In this document: positions 46,892 through 55,170 of the stretch, one piece after another
Layout of the letters: each line of letters begins with the position of its first letter
How positions within the stretch are numbered: position 1 is the first letter of the stretch
Assembly: GCA_963797915.1 (NCBI GenBank)
Contig: CAWCRG010000005.1
Location: forward strand, 14,844-78,843
From: Candidatus Sericytochromatia bacterium
GTDB lineage: Bacteria; Cyanobacteriota; Sericytochromatia; UBA7694
Direction of reading: 5' to 3'
DNA: 64,000 nucleotides
Made by a program: the position numbers and the translations under genes
The notes under the pieces: model-generated
The model's input: only the letters and a program-made list of their open reading frames with translations
What the model was told of the DNA's origin: nothing
Database searches by the model: none

Positions 46892-46918
46892 CTGCGGGAC
46901 TAGCTTCGAGACGAAAGA

Positions 46919-47920
46919 CTAGGCGAAGCCTTTTAATATCTTCTGTGCGGCGTCAAGTCCTGAGAGTGCTGCGCCCTCGATCAGGTTATTGAGATCGCCG
47001 AAACAATCTCCGGCTAATCTTAGCGGCAGGGGGGTGTCTACCCCAAAGCTTTTTTCTTCGTAAACGTCTTGTGGCTGTGAGAACCGCCACCCATGGGGGG
47101 TCTGACTGAGACACTTTGCACTAATGTAACGTTGTGCGCCTTCCCATAAGAGAGCGCCAGCCTCTTCTCGGGGTAGCTTCCAATGCTTGCGACTAAAGTG
47201 GGGCGTGCCGTGAATGGTAATCGAATGCTCTTTTGAAATTCCCTTTTGTGCGTTATCCGCAATCCACATGATCGGGCTCATGGGGTCCTCTACGCGGATC
47301 GCGCCGGGCTCACTCAGGCCACTGGGACCGTCGAGTACTGCCATAAGCGTAATACAGGGATCGTATTTGAGGTTTTTGAGTTGGGTATGCTGTTTTTCAG
47401 AGAGTGCAATATTTTCAGCGCTGGTTAAGAGCTTTAGGCTCTGGGGAACGGGAGCGGTTAAAATGAGTGCGTCGGCTTCAAAAAGCGGTGTTCCTTCAGG
47501 GGACTCTGTTTCGATCTGCCAGACGGCTTCTTTTTGAACAATGCGGGTGACGAGCGTTTGTTTATGCACCGTGAGCGGTTTGGCAATAAACTTGGCAATA
47601 CTGCTCATGCCTTCAGGCGCAAAAAAGCGCTGGTATCCGTCCAGAATCAGTTGACGATCGGTATTTAAAAAGCCGCGACACCAGCCTTTTACCAGGTCTT
47701 CGTCTTGCAAGGTTTCCACAAGGCTCCGAAAGAACATGCTGTGCATGGTAAAGTACTGGGCGCCATGATCAAAAGTGGCGGACACGATGCGTCGGGTGGC
47801 CATGCGACCGCCGAATCCCCGTGACTTCTCTAAGACCACCACATCCCAATTTGACTTTTGTAAACGGCGCGCGGCGATCAATCCAGCAATTCCAGCACCT
47901 ATAACCACTGCTTTTGGCAT
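46919..47920 (-). CDS. NAD(P)/FAD-dependent oxidoreductase (amine-oxidase/renalase-like)
   Basis: The N-terminal dinucleotide fold is present (VVIGAGIAGLIAARRL...VVVLEKSRGFGGR). Confidence 0.8.
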   Translation of the reverse strand: MPKAVVIGAGIAGLIAARRLQKSNWDVVVLEKSRGFGGRMATRRIVSATFDHGAQYFTMHSMFFRSLVETLQDEDLVKGWCRGFLNTDRQLILDGYQRFFAPEGMSSIAKFIAKPLTVHKQTLVTRIVQKEAVWQIETESPEGTPLFEADALILTAPVPQSLKLLTSAENIALSEKQHTQLKNLKYDPCITLMAVLDGPSGLSEPGAIRVEDPMSPIMWIADNAQKGISKEHSITIHGTPHFSRKHWKLPREEAGALLWEGAQRYISAKCLSQTPHGWRFSQPQDVYEEKSFGVDTPLPLRLAGDCFGDLNNLIEGAALSGLDAAQKILKGFA

Positions 47921-47922
47921 TT

Positions 47923-49242
47923 TTACTCCTCTGAAAGCGGAACGCGCACTGGCAAAACCACGCGTCCTTCTGGGGTTTGACTTTCCACAGAAAGCCGCAG
48001 ATCAATATACGGGATGATCTTCTCAGAGCGCAAGCGCAGCTGCAGATTTTTTTTCTGGGATTTCTGCATCAGGGGCAGAAAGAAAACGCTCACAGGAGAC
48101 AATAGCTCAACGCCAGGGGTTAAGATTTCTACGGTCACAGAAACGCCTTCAAGATCCAGCGAGTTATTGTGTTGCAGGGTGAGTTCTACTTCTTCTGCAC
48201 TGGCCTTTTTAATGCCCAGATCCACGCGCAGTGCTTCAATTGTTTTTAAAGCGCTCACTTGCTTTTGGGTGGGCGCTAAGTCTCTCCAGCGCTTGACCTT
48301 TCCTGCTTCATGGCTACTCATTAGGGTTTGGCCCCCGGCAAGAAAAGCCAGATCGTAGGTGTTTTGCCCGACTTCTGTGAGGCTTTCAATATTTACGCCC
48401 TCGGGTACGGACCAGAAACGAATGCTTTGGTCCCCGATGCTGCCACTGGCCAGGGTTTTTCCGTCCGGGTGAAAACGGACGGTCCATACTGGCTTTAAGT
48501 GGCCCGCTAATTGTTGAACGGGCAAGAGCGTGCGCATACTCCATAAGCGAATAATACGATCTGCGCCGGCGCTGGCCAGATATTGTCCATCGGGGCTAAA
48601 GTCAATGGCGTAGAGCTCTTCGCGGTGCTCAATCAGACGATGGGCCAATTGAAGGGTCTTGAGATCCCATAATAAAACGGCTAAGTCATCGAAGGCGACG
48701 CTGGCCAGGTATTTACCGTCGGGACTAAAGGCGAGGTTGACCACCGACCCGCTATGCCCTTCAAAACGTGCTTTAAGTTTGCGCGTTGTCCAGTCAAATA
48801 AAGAGATTACTTTTGATTTCCCGGCCACCGCCAGGGTTTTTCCGTCGGGACTAAACTTTACGCTTAACAGTGCTTTTTCAAAGGTTTCCAACGTCTCTGA
48901 TTTTTGGCCGGTTTTTAGATCCCAGATTTGTAGACGCCCATCTAAGCCAGCGGTTACCATGAGGGACTCTGTAGGGTGAAAAGCCACATCTCCAACCCAG
49001 TTCGCGTGGCCCGGAAACGTATACAGCGCCTCCCAGTCTTTGGTTCTCCAGACGTGGGTCGTGCCATCAAAGCTGGAGCTCGCAAAGAACTCCCCATTTT
49101 GAGATGCATCGATGGCAAAGACATCCTGTTTTTGTACCTGAAAGACTTTGGGATCGTCTGTCGGCACTTGCCAGGTCGCATGGGCTGGTATAGGGAGAGA
49201 TGTCGCATAGAGCAAGCATACGCCAAGCAGTAACTTACGCTT
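47923..49242 (-). CDS. secreted WD40-repeat protein
   Basis: There is a signal peptide (KRKLLLGVCLLYATSLPIPAHA) and about 7 WD repeats (e.g. GHANWVGDVAFHP, GHSGSVVNLAFSPDG). The start is uncertain: TTG at 49242 with a GAGGG SD, or ATG at 49299. Confidence 0.8.
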   Translation of the reverse strand, partial: KRKLLLGVCLLYATSLPIPAHATWQVPTDDPKVFQVQKQDVFAIDASQNGEFFASSSFDGTTHVWRTKDWEALYTFPGHANWVGDVAFHPTESLMVTAGLDGRLQIWDLKTGQKSETLETFEKALLSVKFSPDGKTLAVAGKSKVISLFDWTTRKLKARFEGHSGSVVNLAFSPDGKYLASVAFDDLAVLLWDLKTLQLAHRLIEHREELYAIDFSPDGQYLASAGADRIIRLWSMRTLLPVQQLAGHLKPVWTVRFHPDGKTLASGSIGDQSIRFWSVPEGVNIESLTEVGQNTYDLAFLAGGQTLMSSHEAGKVKRWRDLAPTQKQVSALKTIEALRVDLGIKKASAEEVELTLQHNNSLDLEGVSVTVEILTPGVELLSPVSVFFLPLMQKSQKKNLQLRLRSEKIIPYIDLRLSVESQTPEGRVVLPVRVPLSEE

Positions 49243-50269
49243 CAATACCTTCGCCCTCGTTTTCAAAAAGATAATGCGAGACTTGCCATTCTTGTCCATG
49301 GCTATGCCCAAAGAGCTCGGCGCAAGCCATAAAAAAGATGCGCCAGTACACCCACCACTTAAGCTGCTGATGATTCCCATAAATATCTGCCATGAGCGGC
49401 ATAATTTCTGATTCCTGTTGATCCATTCGGGCCAGCCAGGCGTTTGATGTTTTTTCGTAGTGCTGTCCGCTGATTTCCCAGTCTTGCTTCAGCTTTAGGG
49501 GGCCCGACATCAGAGGTAATAGGTCGTGACTGGGCATGGTTCCGCCGGTGAAAAAATATTTAGCCATCCAGTCTCGTTCGTGCTCAACCTCAAAAAGATA
49601 AGCATACTTTTTATGGGTGAAAATGTGGCAAAAAAGCAGGCCGCCGGGCTTGAGCCACCGAGATATATTTTTAAAGAGGCGATCATAATTACGCAAATGC
49701 TCAAACATTTCAATGGAAACCAAACGGTCAAAGCGATTTTCAGGCTGAAAGTCGTTAATATCCACGGTAATGAGCTTAATATTTTTCAGGCTCAGTTTTT
49801 CTGCTTGACCGAGAATAAAGGCTTTTTGACTGGCGGAGTTGGAGATCGCCGTAATGTGTAAATGCGGGTATTTTTGTGCCATATAAAGGGTTAATGAGCC
49901 CCAGCCGCAGCCAAGCTCCAATACATTCTGGGCGCTCTGAAGCTGGGCCCGTTGGCAATAGAGCTCGAGCATGTCCGTCTCTGATTGGGCCAGGGTCACG
50001 CTGGGGCTTTTCCAGTACCCACAACTGTACTTTAGGCGCGGGCCCAGGACTTTAAGATAAAATTCGGCAGGAACTTCATAGTGTTGCTCGTTGGCTTTAT
50101 CGGTGGAAACAGCCAGCGGGCTTTGTTTGAGTTGAGCGATTAAAGCGTTTTTGGTTTCTGGAGGTTCTTTGGCTAAGCGCTTTAAATGTTGGGCATTATA
50201 ATAACGAATGCCTTGTCGTAGCATAAAATCGGGGACTTTGTTTTTTTCGAGTAAATCATCGTACCACAT
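49235..50269 (-). CDS. cfa: cyclopropane-fatty-acyl-phospholipid synthase family methyltransferase
   Basis: HYEVPAEFYLKVLGPRLKYSCGYW and VLELGCGWGSL are present. The ATG at 50269 is preceded by GGAGAG. Confidence 0.88.
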   Translation of the reverse strand: MWYDDLLEKNKVPDFMLRQGIRYYNAQHLKRLAKEPPETKNALIAQLKQSPLAVSTDKANEQHYEVPAEFYLKVLGPRLKYSCGYWKSPSVTLAQSETDMLELYCQRAQLQSAQNVLELGCGWGSLTLYMAQKYPHLHITAISNSASQKAFILGQAEKLSLKNIKLITVDINDFQPENRFDRLVSIEMFEHLRNYDRLFKNISRWLKPGGLLFCHIFTHKKYAYLFEVEHERDWMAKYFFTGGTMPSHDLLPLMSGPLKLKQDWEISGQHYEKTSNAWLARMDQQESEIMPLMADIYGNHQQLKWWVYWRIFFMACAELFGHSHGQEWQVSHYLFENEGEGIEA

Positions 50270-50389
50270 CAAATTCTCTCCTCGTTTGCGCTTCCTGGGC
50301 GCGCGCAACATTCTAAAGTATAAAGGTATATGTAGGTGAATGGGGACTGACCAGGGGAGCAACTGCAATTCCCTTTTAAAAGCGTCCAT

Positions 50390-50416
50390 AAAAAAAAGGC
50401 CGGCATAATACCGGCC
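50390..50416 (-). terminator. rho-independent terminator after the porin gene
   Basis: A GGCCGG-CATAATA-CCGGCC stem is followed on the minus strand by T8. Confidence 0.75.
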
Positions 50417-50437
50417 TCTTTTTAAGAAGGGTTGATT

Positions 50438-51913
50438 CTAGAAGCGGAAGCGGAGGTTTAGTTCTCCACCGACGTCGCCAAACAGACCTTGATTACCGGC
50501 CAGCATATAGCGGGTGTCTCTATAACCAAGCTCTACTGAGAAGGTGCTGTAAGCAGGAATGTTAATACCCACGAAAGCATCGTTCTTCCACTGCATATTA
50601 TCGGTTACACCAGCGGTGGGAGCGATAAAGTAAGTGAAAGCTTCACGACCAATAAGGCTGAAGTAAGGACCGATGGGAATTTCGAGGTCGAGGCGACCAC
50701 GAGGACCATGGTTGGCGTAGGTGTAGTTGGTTCCCATAAGCTGCATATAGTCATAACCTGCACCAATGGTAAGGGCTACATCTTCAGCACTTTCCTGAAT
50801 CTTCCAGAGGAGACCACCACCTGCGGTAATACGATTATCGAGGATGGTTTGGAAAGGATTGCCGCTGGCGTCAACGCGATCGGCTTTGAATGAACCAGGA
50901 TTGATGAGCGGATCAAACAGCATCATATCGCCGTGTAAGTCAATACCGAAGTGGTTGAATTTACCTGCTGGTATAGGTGTCCAATCAAGACTGCCGCTGG
51001 GACCATAAACATAGCCTGCAGTGGTATTGGTGCTATCGGTGTAAGAGGTTTTGAAGGCTCCACCGAGACGTAAATCAACAGCGTTGAAAGGCTCTTTGGT
51101 AGGCATTGCGGTAGGCATAGGCGTGGGTTTTGGTGTCGGCTTAGCAGTAGGCATTGCGGTAGGCATAGGTGTAGGTGCGGGAGTTAAAGGAAGCAGATAG
51201 GTATCTACGTAGCGAATAAACTCACGAACAGTGGCTGCGGTTTCATAACGGGTTAAGCGTTTGCCACCCTGAAAGGTCGCATTTGGATAGCCGTCCATGA
51301 TTTGATACTTGTCTACGATATTGGTTACGGCTTTGGTGGCCCAGTGATCGGCGGGTAAATCGGTGAGCTCATCAGCGCGACTGCGGCGAGCCAGTACGGG
51401 TTTTGTACCCTGGCTTTCGATCAGCACAAAATAGTTATAGAGTTCAAAGGCAATTTCATAGCGACTGATAGGCTCGTTACCCATAAAGCGCTTACCCGGC
51501 ATGGGCTGCATGATTCCGTAATCGTTGACAACTGCATCGACAGCAACGCGGTTTGCGTCATCCATGTCAATCATGTTGGTGCGGGGAACGTCAGAGATTT
51601 GCTTCAGGTTTTTGCCGCTAACAGCTTCCATTTTTTGGGTGGCTCTGTAGAATACTTCAGCCAGTTCATTACGGGTCATGAGATCATTACCCTTGAACAT
51701 ATTGGATGTTTTGGGCATCATGATTTCGAGTTCTTGTACCAGGACACGAACGGCGCCGTAAGCCCAGTGGTTTTCGGGAACGTCAATGAGCTCGCTCATG
51801 TTGACGGCTACTTGATAGGACTCAGCTGCTTGAGCTGTGTTGGCACTCATGGCCACGGGAACGGTCGTTAGAACAGAACTGGCTAAAACTAAAGATAATA
51901 CTTTTTTATTCAT
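50438..51913 (-). CDS. SLH-domain outer-membrane beta-barrel porin
   Basis: From the ATG at 51913 there is a signal peptide, then SLH-type repeats (PENHWAYGAV, PADHWATKAV), a PT-rich linker and a C-terminal barrel ending LNLRFRF. Confidence 0.85.
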   Translation of the reverse strand: MNKKVLSLVLASSVLTTVPVAMSANTAQAAESYQVAVNMSELIDVPENHWAYGAVRVLVQELEIMMPKTSNMFKGNDLMTRNELAEVFYRATQKMEAVSGKNLKQISDVPRTNMIDMDDANRVAVDAVVNDYGIMQPMPGKRFMGNEPISRYEIAFELYNYFVLIESQGTKPVLARRSRADELTDLPADHWATKAVTNIVDKYQIMDGYPNATFQGGKRLTRYETAATVREFIRYVDTYLLPLTPAPTPMPTAMPTAKPTPKPTPMPTAMPTKEPFNAVDLRLGGAFKTSYTDSTNTTAGYVYGPSGSLDWTPIPAGKFNHFGIDLHGDMMLFDPLINPGSFKADRVDASGNPFQTILDNRITAGGGLLWKIQESAEDVALTIGAGYDYMQLMGTNYTYANHGPRGRLDLEIPIGPYFSLIGREAFTYFIAPTAGVTDNMQWKNDAFVGINIPAYSTFSVELGYRDTRYMLAGNQGLFGDVGGELNLRFRF

Positions 51914-52256
51914 TGTAGAAATTAATTCTCCTTGTATGGTGTGCTTATCGAAGTGTCTAAATCGAGACATCTAAATAAGCGTCGCTCACATTTTACAGTG
52001 TGGTTAAAGGCATGTTACTGTAAGTTGCTGTGCAACAACAGGTGTAAATATTTAATCTTAATTGTATTTTTATTTTAAAATACGTGCATAGATTAAATAA
52101 TTCATACGAATTATAGGCTTAAACTCTGCCATTGGCAAGGGAATCTCCCGATCTAAGTCAATTTTAAGTGTCTTAAGAAAGTATTAAAGTAAAATATAAA
52201 CCTTACAAGTCATGTTAAAATACTCAATGCATAAAATGCTTTGAGATAGGCGTTCT

Positions 52257-52742
52257 ATGGCAACGATCTACTTTTGCGAACATGCTCAACACATCGCAAA
52301 AGCAAAGAAGCAGAATGTAGGTGGGTTGAAAACGGTGAAGATTCTTGAGTGGGTACATCTTTTAGAGGCCAGACGCGTCAGTACGCCAATTTTTCAAAAA
52401 GCGATTGCGCGTCAAAAACAAGAGTTAAATGCTGCTCTGCTCAGCTTTCAACAGATTGAGATTGAAGCCGAAGACCAAAAGATTTGGGTTCAAGATCTGC
52501 AGCCTGCTTTAGAGGGATTGTTTTCAGCGCTGAGTAATGCGTTGACGGAAGCTGAACTGTATGTACAAGAATCCCACTCCCCTCAAATAAAACGCATCTT
52601 GTCTTATCTTCAGGAAGTCGAGCGCATCGAGCAGTACTTACAAAGTCGTATGGTTGGCGCTTCTTACTTGACGCAAAAGCAAGTCAAAGACTTTTTACGG
52701 GTGGCTTCTGAAAAAGTTGAGACCTTGCTTTCTATGGAGTAA
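52257..52742 (+). CDS. hypothetical helical/coiled-coil protein
   Basis: Support is the ORF only. Confidence 0.45.
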   Translation: MATIYFCEHAQHIAKAKKQNVGGLKTVKILEWVHLLEARRVSTPIFQKAIARQKQELNAALLSFQQIEIEAEDQKIWVQDLQPALEGLFSALSNALTEAELYVQESHSPQIKRILSYLQEVERIEQYLQSRMVGASYLTQKQVKDFLRVASEKVETLLSME

Positions 52743-52850
52743 ATACAAAGATTAAGAAAAAATTATCCTTTATTTAACGAAAGTTTAGTTACAAATAGGG
52801 GATAATAAAGGAAAGCATCTCTTTTTTTAGGATGGGGTTAGGTAAGTTTT

Positions 52851-53990
52851 ATGATGAACGCAGTGAAGTATATCTTAGTGGCAGCGCTTCTGCTTGCTTC
52901 TTCCTGTGGTCGTGAATCGGTTGTTAATCAACCGGGACTTCCCTCTCAAACGCCAGGCAATCCGAACACCCCAGGCTATTACGATCCAGGCCAGGGAAAC
53001 ACTTATATTCCTACTCCAGACACGCATGGTTATCAGCCTGAACTCCCTTCTCAGGGCAATACTTACGCCGTGATGCGGAACGTATTTTTACGCATGGATC
53101 CAGAGTTAGGCGTGTTGGTGAAAAACCTTGAGGGCCAACTTATTCCCAAACGCTCGGGAGACCCGGTTATTTTTGACGACGTGCGCTCTTTTATAACGAA
53201 AGTAGCCCGTGCCGAGATTATTATTGATGATAAAAATATTACCTATCTTAAAAATAATTACACCTTTAATTTCCCTGACAGCCCCATTAAAGAGGTAAAT
53301 GTTGAGTTTTTGCCCGGGCGCTTAAGAATGAGCGGTAAGCTGAAGCAAATTATTTGGGTTCCTTTTAGCATGGAAGGTCAGATCTCACCCACGCCTGACG
53401 GTAAGCTCAAACTGGTTCCTGATGAAATTCGGACAGCGGGAATTCCCGTCATCTCCCTGCTGAAGTTCATTGGCTTGACGACTTCAAAGCTCATCTCGGT
53501 GAGCGCTGAGCGGGGGTTGAGTTTTACAGGAAATGACGTTATTTTAGATCCTGAGCTGCTCTTTCCCCCCCCTAAAATGAGTGGCCGTGTTGTGGCCGCA
53601 GAGGTTACTCAGGGCCAAATGCGCATCGTGTTTAACAGCGGTGCTCGCGTTCCCCAGCGTCAAATGCCCGATCCCGGCGCTGCCAACTTCATGCATGTTT
53701 ATGGTGGGCAACTGCTTGTCATGAACGAACTCCATCGCGGCAGTGAAATGCAGATGGTAGATATGAAGCCCGGTGATCCCTTTGAGTTCTATATGGGGCA
53801 ATATCGTGAACATCTCAAAGCTGGGTATGTCAAAGTAGCCAACGATAAAGGCAGCTTAATTACGCTCATGCCAGACTACACAGACCTCGGCAGCACCAAG
53901 GTGTGGGATAGCTATCCGGGAGGCCCGCCCACGTTGCGCCCTTATCAATCTTCAACAGCGGCCCCTCACTTTACCCCTACGCTTCGTTAG
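52851..53990 (+). CDS. hypothetical lipoprotein
   Basis: A signal peptide with a lipobox (LLASSCG) is present. I recognise no family. Confidence 0.6.
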   Translation: MMNAVKYILVAALLLASSCGRESVVNQPGLPSQTPGNPNTPGYYDPGQGNTYIPTPDTHGYQPELPSQGNTYAVMRNVFLRMDPELGVLVKNLEGQLIPKRSGDPVIFDDVRSFITKVARAEIIIDDKNITYLKNNYTFNFPDSPIKEVNVEFLPGRLRMSGKLKQIIWVPFSMEGQISPTPDGKLKLVPDEIRTAGIPVISLLKFIGLTTSKLISVSAERGLSFTGNDVILDPELLFPPPKMSGRVVAAEVTQGQMRIVFNSGARVPQRQMPDPGAANFMHVYGGQLLVMNELHRGSEMQMVDMKPGDPFEFYMGQYREHLKAGYVKVANDKGSLITLMPDYTDLGSTKVWDSYPGGPPTLRPYQSSTAAPHFTPTLR

Positions 53991-53991
53991 A

Positions 53992-55134
53992 ATGGACTCA
54001 TTAGCCCCTACAGTGCAAAGCTTTGCTTTGAGTGCGGCTGAAAAACAGTACCGATTGGGCCTTAGCCATGCCCTGGTGAGCGCCCGACAGTTTTGGTTAC
54101 TCTTGCGACACTTTGGTTCTGCTGAAGCCATCTGGAAAGCTCCTGCCAAAGCACTGAGCACCATACTCTCCCCGTCTGTCGCTCATAAATTGTCGGTATT
54201 CTGTCAAGCCCATGATGCTAATACCTTTTCGACACAGTTACAGGCTGCTGACATATCAGTGTGTTTTTTTGAATCACCGGCGTACCCTGAGGTGCTACGC
54301 ACCATTTACGATCCCCCTTTTCTTTTGTATTACAAAGGAATGAATCTGTGGTCCACCTTTAATAAGGCAGTCGCCGTCATTGGTACGCGGCGTCCTACGG
54401 CCTATGGCCTCAAGCAAACTGAGCGTATCACCCGCTATTTGGCGCAACAGCAATGTTGTGTGGTATCGGGTATGGCGTTGGGTATAGACGCAGCGGCGCA
54501 CCGTGCTGCGCTACAGGCAGGGGGGGCTACTGTCGCCGTTTTGGGCTCTGGCCTGGACAACCCTTCACCGCGAACCCATCTGAAACTGTTTTCTGAACTC
54601 TGCAAGACCGGCATGGTGATCAGTGAGTTTCCGCCGGCATTTTCTGCTCAAACCTGGACTTTCCCGATGCGAAATCGCGTGGTTAGCGGGTTAAGTGGTG
54701 CTGTGGTTGTGATCGAGGCGGCCCGCAAAAGTGGTACATTAATTACGGTAGATTGTGCGATTGAACAAGGACGCGAGGTTTTTGCAATGCCGGGGCCCGT
54801 GGACAGCCCGCAAAGTGAAGGCACCCATAACCTCATTCAGGAAGGCGCATATTTATTAGCACAGCCTGAAAATTTGTCGGAAGTCATGAGCTGGGCCATT
54901 TCAGCGCCTTCTGAAGGTGCTGCTTTAGACGCTTCTTTTATAAGTAACGCCTTGACAAATACCCAACAAGCCGTTTATGAAGTACTCAGTGAGAGTCCGC
55001 AAAGCATAGAAAACATTGTCAATAAATCAAAGCAAAAACTAAATCTTGTGCTTTCGGTTTTAACAGAGCTTGAAATCAAGGGGCTTGTCGAAGGGTTGCC
55101 CGGTAGGTTATACCGAAGGAGCCCAATATCCTAA
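53992..55134 (+). CDS. dprA: DNA-processing protein DprA (Smf)
   Basis: GTRRPTAYG, SGMALGIDAAAH, FPMRNRVVSGLS and EAARKSGTLIT are present, followed by a winged-helix C-terminal domain. Confidence 0.9.
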   Translation: MDSLAPTVQSFALSAAEKQYRLGLSHALVSARQFWLLLRHFGSAEAIWKAPAKALSTILSPSVAHKLSVFCQAHDANTFSTQLQAADISVCFFESPAYPEVLRTIYDPPFLLYYKGMNLWSTFNKAVAVIGTRRPTAYGLKQTERITRYLAQQQCCVVSGMALGIDAAAHRAALQAGGATVAVLGSGLDNPSPRTHLKLFSELCKTGMVISEFPPAFSAQTWTFPMRNRVVSGLSGAVVVIEAARKSGTLITVDCAIEQGREVFAMPGPVDSPQSEGTHNLIQEGAYLLAQPENLSEVMSWAISAPSEGAALDASFISNALTNTQQAVYEVLSESPQSIENIVNKSKQKLNLVLSVLTELEIKGLVEGLPGRLYRRSPIS

Positions 55135-55170
55135 ATCGTCGAAACTATACACAACACAAGGAACGTCCAA

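Noticed and set aside
46879-46902. A 12-nt tandem duplication GCTGCGGGACTA x2 that duplicates the stop codon of ORF 46466..46891
   Set aside because: It is only two short copies. It is most simply a slippage duplication with no functional consequence.
51914-51970. N-terminal extensions of the longest ORFs: the porin (51914..51970), groES, cfa, NUDIX, PPTase, the TauE-like gene, GT2, and the zinc-ribbon gene (the extension to 6319)
   Set aside because: In each case an internal ATG with an SD, a signal peptide or a start/stop overlap gives a better gene model. Several track starts are TTG or GTG codons, or fall inside the upstream gene.
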